The notes under the pieces are model-generated. The model worked only from the letters and a program-made list of their open reading frames with translations. It searched no databases and was not told where the DNA came from. From Elusimicrobia bacterium GWC2_64_44 (GTDB lineage Bacteria > Elusimicrobiota > Elusimicrobia > Elusimicrobiales > UBA9959), in the NCBI GenBank assembly GCA_001799845.1, contig MGUG01000052.1, forward strand, positions 2,075 through 66,074: a stretch of 64,000 bases of DNA, written 5' to 3'. The translations under genes were made by a program, and so were the position numbers. Shown in pieces: positions 35,883-45,013 of the stretch; position 1 is the first letter of the stretch; every line of letters starts with the position of its first letter.

Positions 35883-35891
35883 AGTGAAGTC

Positions 35892-36128
35892 CTAAAGCGG
35901 TCCGCCGCCCTGTTTCGCCCTCCGCGCGGCCTGCACCGCGCCTATCCCCATCAGGATGACGGCGGGCCAGAAGGAGACGAAGAACAGCAGGCCGAGCCCT
36001 ATCGGGTTGCCGCCCGTGGCCCCGGTCGCCAGCGCGTACAATACATAAAGCAGCAGCGGCGAGGCGCCGACGACCAGCAAACCAGCCCCGGCAAGGAAGA
36101 TCTTTGACCGCAGCAGTTCTTTTTTCAC
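35892..36128 (-). CDS. small 2-TM membrane protein
   Basis: 78 aa, GGAG SD, two hydrophobic helices around GGNPIGLG. Confidence 0.7.
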   Translation of the reverse strand: MKKELLRSKIFLAGAGLLVVGASPLLLYVLYALATGATGGNPIGLGLLFFVSFWPAVILMGIGAVQAARRAKQGGGPL

Positions 36129-36136
36129 AGCTCCCC

Positions 36137-37432
36137 CTATTCAGCCCTCAATGCGTCGGCAGGCTTCAGCCCTGCGGCCACCCACGCCGGGTAAATGGCG
36201 AAGGCGAAAGCGGTAAAGGCCGCGATGAGGACCGCGACCAGCGGCATCCACGGCTCTATCGGGCTGCCGCCCATGCCCAGCATCACCTTCACCGGCACGC
36301 CCCACAGGTAACCCAGCGCCGAGCCCAGCACGCCGCCGAGAAGCCCCAGCATGACGGCCTCCACGATGAACTGCAGCATGATGTCGCTGCGGCTGGCGCC
36401 GATGGCGCGGCGGATGCCGATCTCCTTGGTGCGCGCGAAGACGGTAGCCAGCGTGACGTTCATGATGCCGATGCCGCCGGCCAGGAAGGCCAGCATGCCC
36501 AGCGAGATCGTGACCAGCGCCGACTTGAAACTGGTGGCGATGCGCTCGCGGATGGCCTCCAGCTGGTTCTCTATGAGGAAGAGCTCGGCGTCGCCGAACT
36601 GGATCTTCAGGAAATTGGCGACCTTGCGCTCCACCTCGGCGAACGTCTCCTCGCTGCCGGTGTCTATGTTCACGTCGAGCGACTGGTAGGAGCCGATGAA
36701 GTTGTAGTGAATGAGCGTGGTGACCGGCGCGAGGATCTTGTAATCCTGCTGGTAGCCGGTGATATTAGCGGGGCGCTTGGAATAAGGCAGCTCCTCCAGC
36801 ACGCCGATGACCGTGAAGGTGTAGCCGTCTATCGTCACCTTTTTGCCCAGCAGGTCGTTGTGGGCCACCAGCGTATCGTAGCCGCCGCTGTAGTTATACT
36901 TCTTCATCATCGTCTTGTTGTACGCGTTGGAGGGCGGCGGCGGGGCCTTGCGCACCAGCACGCAGACGCGCAGTTTGTTCTCCACGTCGTGCCAGTCCAG
37001 GAAGCGGCCCTTAAGGGTATAGACGAAGTCGCGCTTGGCCCAGTCGGGGGTGACCCCGTGGATGCCGGTCATCACCCTGTGCTCGCCGTATTCGAAGACG
37101 TTCATCCAGTCCCGGCCCTCGGGCGAGATCATGTACATACCCGGCAGCCGCGCCTTGAGCGCGGTCACGTCCTCGTAGGTGAAGACGGGCGGCGGGCCGA
37201 CGTCGTCGGGCGAGGCGAAGCGCTGGCTGTTGTTCTGCGAGATCCGCATGCGGGCCATGCCGGAGACCTGCTTCTGCTTCTCCAGGAGCGAGTAAGTATG
37301 GACTATCGCTGAAAAAGAGTCGATGAAGACCACCGAGCCCACGGCGATGGCCAGGAAGCTCAGCGCCGAGCGCGTCTTGTGCGCCCAGATCTCGGCGAAG
37401 CCGGTCCGCGCGGCGTTCAGCAGGGCGGTCAC
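36137..37432 (-). CDS. MacB/FtsX-type ABC permease
   Basis: RSALS.L.I.VG, periplasmic domain, GGIGIMN....V..RTKEIGIRRAIGA, P..ALR.E. Confidence 0.92.
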   Translation of the reverse strand: MTALLNAARTGFAEIWAHKTRSALSFLAIAVGSVVFIDSFSAIVHTYSLLEKQKQVSGMARMRISQNNSQRFASPDDVGPPPVFTYEDVTALKARLPGMYMISPEGRDWMNVFEYGEHRVMTGIHGVTPDWAKRDFVYTLKGRFLDWHDVENKLRVCVLVRKAPPPPSNAYNKTMMKKYNYSGGYDTLVAHNDLLGKKVTIDGYTFTVIGVLEELPYSKRPANITGYQQDYKILAPVTTLIHYNFIGSYQSLDVNIDTGSEETFAEVERKVANFLKIQFGDAELFLIENQLEAIRERIATSFKSALVTISLGMLAFLAGGIGIMNVTLATVFARTKEIGIRRAIGASRSDIMLQFIVEAVMLGLLGGVLGSALGYLWGVPVKVMLGMGGSPIEPWMPLVAVLIAAFTAFAFAIYPAWVAAGLKPADALRAE

Positions 37433-38094
37433 GGCTCTATCCTCCCGTCGCGCATCCTGATGTTGCGGCCGGCCCGGGCGGCCAGTTCCTTGTCGTGGGT
37501 GACCATCACCACGGTGATCCCCTCGGCGTTCAGGGCGAAGAGGGAGTCCATGATCTCGCGGCTGGAGACGGAATCCAGGTTGCCTGTAGGCTCGTCGGCG
37601 AGTATGAGCTTCGGGGAATTGGAGAGGGCCCGGGCTATGGCCACGCGCTGGCGCTCGCCGCCGGAGAGCTCCAGCGGGGTTTTCTTTTCTTTGCCGTGCA
37701 GGCCCACCTTCTTCAGCAGGGCCGCGGCGCGCTCGCGCGCGGCGGGCCGGTCGGCGCCGGCGTAGAGCATGGGCAGGCAGACGTTCTCCAGCGCGGACAT
37801 GCGGTTGAGCAGGTGGAAGGACTGGAAGACGAAGCCGATGGCGTCGCGGCGCACGGTGGAGCGCTCCAGGTCCGACATGGTGGTGACGTCGCGCCCGTGC
37901 AGCGCGTAGCGCCCGCCGCTGGGCTCGTCGAGCAGGCCGATGATGTTGAGCAGGGTGGACTTGCCGCAGCCCGACGGGCCGGTGACGGCCGCGAATTCTC
38001 CGGGTGCTATAGAGAACGTGAGCCCGCGCAGGGCCGGCCAGCCGGCCTTGCCCCCCTCGTAGACCTTCGTGAGGTCTTCGCAGGCTATGCTCAT
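37429..38094 (-). CDS. ABC ATP-binding protein (LolD/MacB type)
   Basis: GPSGCGKST, FVFQSF.L, LSGGERQRVAIARAL, ADEPTGNLD, VTHD. Confidence 0.95.
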   Translation of the reverse strand: MSIACEDLTKVYEGGKAGWPALRGLTFSIAPGEFAAVTGPSGCGKSTLLNIIGLLDEPSGGRYALHGRDVTTMSDLERSTVRRDAIGFVFQSFHLLNRMSALENVCLPMLYAGADRPAARERAAALLKKVGLHGKEKKTPLELSGGERQRVAIARALSNSPKLILADEPTGNLDSVSSREIMDSLFALNAEGITVVMVTHDKELAARAGRNIRMRDGRIEP

Positions 38095-39014
38095 TTCAGG
38101 CTCTCCGGAGCGGCGGTGAAGAGCTTGTCGCCCGGTTTTACGGGGCCTGCCAGCTCCAGCTCGTACTCCGAGCGCAGGCCCGGATACACCTGCAGCCTCT
38201 CGGCCTCGTAGCCTTCCTTCTGGCGGTAGACGTAAAAGTTCAGCCCGTCCTGAAAAACGGTCTCGATCGGCGCCTTGAGCACGTCCTTCTTGGCCTTCAT
38301 GTTGGCCGTCACCACGGCGCTCATGCCGACGCGCATCTTCTGGCTCGGCTTGTCGATATTGATGACGACGCGGAACACCTTGCTGCTGCCGCCGCCCCAG
38401 CCGGAGTTCTTGCTCTCGGCCGCGGGCGCTATAACGTCGATCTTGCCCGAGAACTTCTCGCCCGGGATGGAAGTGAAGGTGATGGAGACCTGCATGCCGC
38501 GCTTGAGCTTGAAGATGTCTATCTCGCTGATCTTCAGGTTCACGGCCAGCGTGTTCATGTCCACCACGCGGGTGACGCAGACGGAAGGGCCGTCGATGCG
38601 CTTGCCCTCCCGGATCTCCTCGGATTCCGCGCCGTAGCCCCTGACCGCGCAGCGGGTCAGCAGGCCGGAGCGCGTGGCGGCGATCGGCACGGGCACGTAC
38701 TGCGTGGAATCCATGCGCTCGCCGCCCTTGAACATCATGATCTTCTCGCCCTTCTCGACGTATTCCCCTTCCTTCTTGAGGACCTCGACGATGAAGCCCT
38801 TGCCGGGCGGGAAGACGTCCACGGTGTCGCGCGAGACCAGCTCGCCGGATTCCTGCAGGTCCAGCTTCAGGTCGCCGCGGCTCACCTCGCGGATAAAGTC
38901 CTTGAGGTCCTGGCGCACCAGCATTCTCTTGTAGCGCGTGTAGCCCGCGAACCCGCCCGCGGCCAGCGCCGCCAGCGCCACTATCCAGAACGAGGATTTA
39001 ACGATCCGTTTCAT
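38091..39014 (-). CDS. periplasmic adaptor (membrane fusion protein) apparently lacking the alpha-hairpin
   Basis: TM anchor, lipoyl halves, ISEIDI..L..GM, G.I..IAP, GMSA; start 39014 with AGGAG SD. Confidence 0.8.
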   Translation of the reverse strand: MKRIVKSSFWIVALAALAAGGFAGYTRYKRMLVRQDLKDFIREVSRGDLKLDLQESGELVSRDTVDVFPPGKGFIVEVLKKEGEYVEKGEKIMMFKGGERMDSTQYVPVPIAATRSGLLTRCAVRGYGAESEEIREGKRIDGPSVCVTRVVDMNTLAVNLKISEIDIFKLKRGMQVSITFTSIPGEKFSGKIDVIAPAAESKNSGWGGGSSKVFRVVINIDKPSQKMRVGMSAVVTANMKAKKDVLKAPIETVFQDGLNFYVYRQKEGYEAERLQVYPGLRSEYELELAGPVKPGDKLFTAAPESLK

Positions 39015-39021
39015 AAAGCTC

Positions 39022-40320
39022 CTATTCCCACACACGCTCGCCCAGCAGCACCCGGTAGTTGGCCAGGGCCAGGTCGAAGTCGTTGACGGCGGCTATCTGG
39101 GCGTTGCTGGCGTCGAGCAGCTTGGTCTGCGCGCTGTCGAGCTGCAGGGAATCAGCGCCGCCGAGCGAGTATTCGCTCATCAGGTTCTCGGTGGTGTCCT
39201 TCTGCGCCTTGACCTGGAACTCCAGCAGCTGCCGTGATTTCACCTGCAGCTCTATGTCCTTCTGGGCCGACAGCACGCTGGTCTTCAGCGCACGCTCGGA
39301 GCTTTCCAGGTCCAGCTCGGCCGACCGCAGCGCGGCGCCGGCCGCGCCGATGTCCAGGTAGTTCTGCAGGCCGAAGAAACCGAAGGGGAAGTTCAGCGAC
39401 GCGCCCAGGCTGTACGACGGGTTGCCGGCCTGCGGGCCGGCGGGCTCCCCGATCAGGCCCAGGCCGCTCTTGCGCCAGCCGGCGTCCACCCGCAGCCGCG
39501 GGTAATTGGCCAGCACCGAGTTGCGGTTGGTGATGCGCGTACGCTCCAGCGCAAGGCGCTGCTGCCGCAGGCCGAAATTGTTCTGCAGGGCCTTCGCCGC
39601 GTCGCTCTTGGGCAGCGGCAGGGCGACGGAGGCCGTCTGCGTGCTGACCTCCGTGAGCTGCTCCTCCTCTGGCTCCGCGTTGACCAGCTCGTTGAAGGCC
39701 ATGCGCGCCTTGGCCTCGGCCGACTCGGCCTGCGCCAGAGACAGCTCGCTCTGCAGCTTGTCGCCCTCGCTCTGCGTCACCTGCATGCGGCTGCGCGTGC
39801 CCGACTGGTACTGCTCGTTGGTGTCCTTGTACTGGCGCTCGCGCGAGGCCAGGTTCATCTTCGCCGTGCCGATGCGCCTCTGGGAGGAATAGAGCGCGTA
39901 AAAGCGGTTCAGCGCCTTCACTGCCTCGGCCTGCTTGGCCTCCAGGAAGGCCAGCTTGGCGGACTCGTAGTTCAGCCTCGCGGTCCTGACCTTATTGAGC
40001 GGGCTGCCGGCGGAATCGTAGAGGTTCCACGCGGCTGACAGGCTGGAGGTGACGTCCGCGCGCTCCAGCCTGAGGCGCGGGTCGCTCTGGTCATAAAAAG
40101 TCTCGCCCAGGTTCAGCGAAAAAGAGGGCAGGGCCGCGTCGAGCAGCGCGGATTTATAGCCGCTTTCCGCCTGGCGGAAGGCCTGCTCGGCCTTGCGCAT
40201 CGCCGGCGAAGCCTCCAGGGCGGCCTTCACATAGGACTTGGGGGTGAAAGTGCCGGCGGCGGCGGGGGCGGCGCAGGCCAGCAGCGCGGCCAGAAGCAGA
40301 GTAGTCGTTGGTATGGTCAT
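39022..40320 (-). CDS. TolC-family outer membrane factor
   Basis: Signal peptide; two OEP repeats (ALE.SP, LP.F.L, YQSG; ALQNN, YP.L, YSLG). Confidence 0.85.
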   Translation of the reverse strand: MTIPTTTLLLAALLACAAPAAAGTFTPKSYVKAALEASPAMRKAEQAFRQAESGYKSALLDAALPSFSLNLGETFYDQSDPRLRLERADVTSSLSAAWNLYDSAGSPLNKVRTARLNYESAKLAFLEAKQAEAVKALNRFYALYSSQRRIGTAKMNLASRERQYKDTNEQYQSGTRSRMQVTQSEGDKLQSELSLAQAESAEAKARMAFNELVNAEPEEEQLTEVSTQTASVALPLPKSDAAKALQNNFGLRQQRLALERTRITNRNSVLANYPRLRVDAGWRKSGLGLIGEPAGPQAGNPSYSLGASLNFPFGFFGLQNYLDIGAAGAALRSAELDLESSERALKTSVLSAQKDIELQVKSRQLLEFQVKAQKDTTENLMSEYSLGGADSLQLDSAQTKLLDASNAQIAAVNDFDLALANYRVLLGERVWE

Positions 40321-40487
40321 AGTTGCTGTCCCCGGCGGCAAAAAAACGCTTTATACAGTTTACAATAAAAGGCCAAAGACGGCAAAGACAGCAGAGCATT
40401 TTTTATGCCGGGCCTTTCTACCGCTTGTCCCGGTCGCGGGGCGGCCGGAATATTTGCAGATGAAAATATCCAGTTTCAGATGAAGGA

Positions 40488-41279
40488 TCAGTTGCGCTTC
40501 TTCTTGCCGCGCGGCGCCGGGGCCAGCGACTCGCGGATGGTAGTCAGCAGCAGGCCGCATTCCAGGCAGGGCGCGCCGGCGCGCAGCGCATAGGCCAGGT
40601 AAGTCTCGGCCTCGGGCCAGCGCTTCAGTTCGTAGCACACCAGGCCAAGGTGCTTGGAGGTTTCGGCCAGGGTCAGGCGCGGCGCGTTCACCGTGAGCCC
40701 GCTCTTCAGCGCGTCGTAAGCTTTAGCGAAGTCCCCCTCGCCCTCGTAGGCCGAGGCCAGCGCGTTGTAGTACGGATGCCCCTTCGGAGCCCCCAGCGCG
40801 TCGGCCGCCGCCAGCAGCTTCAGCGCCTCGCCGGAGCGTTTCTCGGCGGAATACTCCCCGGCCAGGGCGACGTAGATCGCAGCGTCCTTCGTGCCCGCGC
40901 CCGCGGCCAGCTCCAGGTATTTCCGGACACCGGCGGCGTCTCCGCGCTGGCCGTAGGCCTTGACCAGGGCCTCGTAAGCGCCCAGCAGCAGGGGCTGAGG
41001 CGCGAGGCCGGACTCTTTTAGCTCTGCCAGGGCTTTCAGGTCGCCCAGCATGGCGTCGAGGCTCCCGGTCTGCTCGTACAGGCGGGCGCGGCGGGCCAGC
41101 AGCTCCGGCCTGTAGGCCGCGGGGTAATTCTCGAGCAGGAAAGTGCAGGCCTGCACGGCGCCTCGCCCCTCGCCCTTCAGGCAGGCGGAGCGTTTGACAC
41201 CGTTGAGGATCAGCAGGACCGCGAAAGAGGCCGCGGAAAGGCCGAAGATCACGCCCGCCCATTTCAGGATTTTCATCAT
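40488..41279 (-). CDS. membrane-anchored TPR-like protein
   Basis: N-terminal TM; repeated helical A..Y..LA/G motifs. Confidence 0.65.
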   Translation of the reverse strand: MMKILKWAGVIFGLSAASFAVLLILNGVKRSACLKGEGRGAVQACTFLLENYPAAYRPELLARRARLYEQTGSLDAMLGDLKALAELKESGLAPQPLLLGAYEALVKAYGQRGDAAGVRKYLELAAGAGTKDAAIYVALAGEYSAEKRSGEALKLLAAADALGAPKGHPYYNALASAYEGEGDFAKAYDALKSGLTVNAPRLTLAETSKHLGLVCYELKRWPEAETYLAYALRAGAPCLECGLLLTTIRESLAPAPRGKKKRN

Positions 41280-41280
41280 A

Positions 41281-42966
41281 TTATTTCCCCGCCCTGGCGT
41301 ACAGGCAATCGGCCTCGGCGTTGCGCCCTTCGCGGTCGAACAGTCCCGCCAGGCGCTCCAGGCCCTCGGCGTCGCGCGTGAGGTCGTACACGAAGATGGA
41401 ATAGCCCGCCGTGAAGGCCGGCTCCCGCCCTTTAAGCCAGTCGAAAGACTTTTTGTCCGGGTAATAGGTACCCTGCAGGTTGGTGGCTGACACCGCCAGC
41501 AGGACTTCCTTCATGCCGCAGACCTGCGCCCCGGTACCGCGCAGGTCAGCGTTGGAGACCAGGCCCAACGGCGTATAATTTATGCCGTAGGCTTCGGGCC
41601 TGGCCACCCCGAAATAGGAGAACACCAGCGGCGGGTTGCCGCGCGACTCCAGGTAGGCGGCGACCTGCTTCACGCCCTGCCCCCAGTCCAGGTTGGAATC
41701 CACGAAATACTTGTAGCCGTTGGACGGGCCGCCGGAGAGCTGGTTGAAATAGGCCAGGTAGTGAGGGTGGGCCGTCAGCGCCGAAACCGGGATCAGGGCG
41801 GCCAGCGCGCAGGCCAGCCACGCGCCGCGCCGGGACGAGGCGTAGACGCGCGCCAGCGCCACGCCGGCCAGCGCGGCCAGGAACGGCATCACCGGCAGGA
41901 TGTGGCGGTAGCCGATCTGCACCTTGGCCGTCAGCGACGCGGCGAAGAAGAGGACCGGCGGCAGCAGCAGCCACAGGTGATCGCGCCGGAATTTTCTCAG
42001 CAGCCCCCAGGCACCCGCGCCGGCGGCCAGCAGTACCAGCAGCGGCGTTTTCAGCAGCAGGGCCGACGGGAAATACCACCACACGCCCGTGAGCGAGTGA
42101 CGGCCCAGGGCGAAAGAGGAGCGGCCGGCGTCGAGCCGTCCCAGCGTGGCGGACAGCCCGGCCCAGTAGAGCCCGAGGTCGAACTTGTAGACCAGCGCCA
42201 CCGTCAGCAGGCAGGCGGCGGCGTAGATGAGGAGATATCCCAGCAGTTCACCAGTCTTGCGCCTGGGCCAGAAATAATTGTCCGCCAGCCAGAAGGCGGC
42301 CACCATGGGCGGCACGATGAACATGCTGAACTTGGAGACCAGCGCCAGCCCGGCCGCTCCCCCGGCGAGCGCGGCCAGGAGCCAGGGCCTGGCGCCGCCC
42401 TTTCCCCCGGCGGGGGCGGCCGTGAAGAGCCAGCCCAGCGCGAAGGAGGCGAAGTAGAAGGCCGCCGCGGCGGCGTCGGTGGTCACCAGCGCGTCGTTGG
42501 AGATGAAGACGGGCATGCCGGCGAAGGCGCACAGGGCGAAGGCGCCCGCCGCGCGCGACTCCAGCCGCGAGGCAAAAAGCCACAGCAGCCCGGCGAACAG
42601 CGCGGTCCAGACCAGGAAAGTGAAGCCCCGCGCGGTATTGAGCAGCCGCTCGGCCGGGACAGAATTATGGTAAAGGAACAGGTCCCCGTAATGGTACGGC
42701 ATGAAGTTGGCGAAATAGGGGTGCCCGGTGAACGCCTGCGGCTTCAGCGCCAGCGTAGGCAGGGCGGAAAGCATCTCCGACAGCGGCGGATGGTCCATGA
42801 TGTTCATCACGTAGCGCCCGGTGCGCAGGTAGGAGTATCCGCTGGCCAGGTGCACGGTCTCGTCGTAGGTGGCCGCAGCGGAGCGGATGAAGGAGAACCC
42901 GGCGAAGAGGTGAAAAGCCAGCGCGGCGGCCGCGAGCAGGACTGGCACTGAAACTTTTTTCCACAT
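41281..42966 (-). CDS. GT-C glycosyltransferase (ArnT/PMT-like)
   Basis: TYDE..H...G, HPPL, TTD, KFS, YFN, DSNLDWGQ; many TM helices; start moved to 42966. Confidence 0.85.
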   Translation of the reverse strand: MWKKVSVPVLLAAAALAFHLFAGFSFIRSAAATYDETVHLASGYSYLRTGRYVMNIMDHPPLSEMLSALPTLALKPQAFTGHPYFANFMPYHYGDLFLYHNSVPAERLLNTARGFTFLVWTALFAGLLWLFASRLESRAAGAFALCAFAGMPVFISNDALVTTDAAAAAFYFASFALGWLFTAAPAGGKGGARPWLLAALAGGAAGLALVSKFSMFIVPPMVAAFWLADNYFWPRRKTGELLGYLLIYAAACLLTVALVYKFDLGLYWAGLSATLGRLDAGRSSFALGRHSLTGVWWYFPSALLLKTPLLVLLAAGAGAWGLLRKFRRDHLWLLLPPVLFFAASLTAKVQIGYRHILPVMPFLAALAGVALARVYASSRRGAWLACALAALIPVSALTAHPHYLAYFNQLSGGPSNGYKYFVDSNLDWGQGVKQVAAYLESRGNPPLVFSYFGVARPEAYGINYTPLGLVSNADLRGTGAQVCGMKEVLLAVSATNLQGTYYPDKKSFDWLKGREPAFTAGYSIFVYDLTRDAEGLERLAGLFDREGRNAEADCLYARAGK

Positions 42967-43027
42967 AGGCTGCAGATATGATACAAAAATCCGCGCCCCG
43001 GCCCGGGCGCGCGGGCGCGTTTTTTTG

Positions 43028-43033
43028 TAAAAT
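43028..43033 (+). promoter_or_regulatory. -10 element, leaderless configuration
   Basis: TAAAAT 6 nt before ATG 43040, no SD. Confidence 0.55.
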
Positions 43034-43039
43034 ATAGCT

Positions 43040-43513
43040 ATGAAGATACTCCTCACCGCAGCCATCGTTCTCACCGTCGCCGCGGCCGCCTGCGCCTTCG
43101 ACCTTGGCGGTTTTTTCAGCGGCTGCGCTAAACCCGCGGCGGTTCCGGCCGCGCCCGCACCTTCCGCCGGCACCGAAACCGCCGACAGCGCCTTCCCGGC
43201 TAACCTCAAACCGGAAGAAGCCCTCCGCTTCATAGAGTCCGTGAAGCCGGTGGTCATAGACATCCGCACCGCCGAAGAGCACGCCGCGGGCTACATACAG
43301 CCCACGCATGAGGTCATGGACTACTACGCCCCCGACTTCAAAGAGCGGCTCGCCAAGCTCGACAGGAACGGCAAGTACCTCCTCTATTGCCGCAGCGGCC
43401 GCCGCACCGGCGCCGCCCTGCAGGTCATGGGTGACCTCGGCTTCGCCGGCGCACACGACATCGCCGGCGGCATTACCGCCTGGACGTCCGCCGGCCTGCC
43501 GGTGGCGAAATAG
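43040..43513 (+). CDS. exported rhodanese-domain protein
   Basis: Signal peptide; IDIRT.EE..GYI, YCRSGRR, GGITAW...GLP. Confidence 0.88.
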   Translation: MKILLTAAIVLTVAAAACAFDLGGFFSGCAKPAAVPAAPAPSAGTETADSAFPANLKPEEALRFIESVKPVVIDIRTAEEHAAGYIQPTHEVMDYYAPDFKERLAKLDRNGKYLLYCRSGRRTGAALQVMGDLGFAGAHDIAGGITAWTSAGLPVAK

Positions 43514-43530
43514 CCCCTCCCCTCCCTGGG

Positions 43531-43560
43531 AAAGGCCCGCTCCGGCGGGCTTTTTCTTTT
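43531..43560 (+). terminator. intrinsic terminator
   Basis: GCCCGC-tccg-GCGGGC-TTTTTCTTTT. Confidence 0.85.
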
Positions 43561-43649
43561 GCCGGCCGCGCTTCCGCGGGCGCTTTATCCCCCCCGCTAA
43601 ATCTGCTATATTTATTTCGCGAATACGCAGGTATCAACAGGAACCCAAC

Positions 43650-44495
43650 ATGAAACTATCAGAATTCATCAGACCCGCCACCCTGGCCGAAGCGCGCAAG
43701 GCCTTGCGCGCGCTGGGCCCCAAGGGCATGCCCCTCGCCGGCGGCACCGCGCTGCATTTCATGCAGGGCAAGACCCCGGTCACCGCCGTCGACGTGACGC
43801 GCCTGGGCCTGTCCTACATCAGGCAGAAAGGGAACTACTTCGTCATCGGCGCGGCCACCCCCCTCTCCGACATCCAGCGCTACCGCGGCCCCCGCTGGGC
43901 CATGCACGAGATCTGCCGCCGCATCTCCACCCACCAGATCCGCAACGTCTCCACCATCGGCGGCAACATAGCCCGCGTCTTCCCGTGGGCCGACCTGCCC
44001 GTAGTGCTGCTGGCCATGGACGCGCGCCTGGTCATCTACTCCGGCAAGGAGAAGGAAATGACTGCCGACGAGTATTTCTCGGCCCAGCCCGCGCGGCTCT
44101 TCCGCGGCGGGGACCTGCTCACCGCCGTCAAGATCCCGGTGCTGAAGGCGCATCACGGCTTCGGCTCAGTAAAGGTGACGCGCAACGCGGCCGCCTTCTC
44201 GCTGGCCACCGTCGCCGCCCTGCTGGAACTAAAGGACGGCGTTATCAAAGCCGCGCGCGTGGCCGCGGGCTCCGCCATCCCCTTCCCGCAGCGCCTCAAG
44301 CCCGTCGAGGCCGCCCTCGTCGGCAAAGAAGCCGTGACCGCGGTCTTCAAAGAAGCCGCCGCGGCCGCCGGCGCCGCCGCCAAGTGGGTAGGCGGCGAAG
44401 GCATGAGCGCCGACTACATCCGGCAGCTCGCAGAAGTTTCCATCCTGGACGCCCTGGAAAGGGCCGCCGAATTCGCTCGCGGGAGGGCTGAATAA
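43650..44495 (+). CDS. xanthine dehydrogenase family FAD-binding subunit
   Basis: P.TL.EA, AGGT, IGA, QIRNVSTIGGN; start 43650; upstream TGCTATATT extended -10. Confidence 0.85.
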   Translation: MKLSEFIRPATLAEARKALRALGPKGMPLAGGTALHFMQGKTPVTAVDVTRLGLSYIRQKGNYFVIGAATPLSDIQRYRGPRWAMHEICRRISTHQIRNVSTIGGNIARVFPWADLPVVLLAMDARLVIYSGKEKEMTADEYFSAQPARLFRGGDLLTAVKIPVLKAHHGFGSVKVTRNAAAFSLATVAALLELKDGVIKAARVAAGSAIPFPQRLKPVEAALVGKEAVTAVFKEAAAAAGAAAKWVGGEGMSADYIRQLAEVSILDALERAAEFARGRAE

Positions 44496-45013
44496 TGACC
44501 ACGACTACCCACACCGTCACTTTCACCATTAACGGCGAGAAGAAGACCTTCGCCACCAGGCCCGACGAGAAACTGCTTACGCTGCTGCGCCGCGAAGGCT
44601 ACCGCGGCACCAAGTACGGCTGCGGCCAGGGCACCTGCGGCGCCTGCACCGTGCTGCTCGACGGCCGGGCCACCTACGCCTGCCTGCTCTACGCCATGCA
44701 GGCCGAGGGCAGGAAGGTGCGCACCATCGAAAGCGTCGGCACCTTCGACAAGCCCGGCGAGTTCCAGAAGGAACTGGTCGCGGCCGGCGCAGTGCAGTGC
44801 GGCTACTGCATCCCCGGCATGGTCATGAGCGCCACCGCGCTGATGGAGACCGAAGAGGTCTTCGAGGACGAGATAGTAAAAGAGTACATGGACGGCAACC
44901 TCTGCCGCTGCACCGGCTACGAAAAGATCTGGGTGGCCCTGCGCAAGACGCTGGACAAGCAGGCCTCCGCAAAGCCCGCCGCGAAAAAGACCGCCAAAGG
45001 GGCGAAAAAATGA
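44495..45013 (+). CDS. xanthine dehydrogenase family 2x[2Fe-2S] subunit
   Basis: GC..G.CGAC..C and QCGYC.PG..NLCRCTGY. Confidence 0.93.
   Translation: MTTTTHTVTFTINGEKKTFATRPDEKLLTLLRREGYRGTKYGCGQGTCGACTVLLDGRATYACLLYAMQAEGRKVRTIESVGTFDKPGEFQKELVAAGAVQCGYCIPGMVMSATALMETEEVFEDEIVKEYMDGNLCRCTGYEKIWVALRKTLDKQASAKPAAKKTAKGAKK

Noticed and set aside
43040-43513. Rhodanese acting as Moco sulfurase for the xdh genes
   Set aside because: It has an export signal and is separated from the xdh genes by a strong terminator
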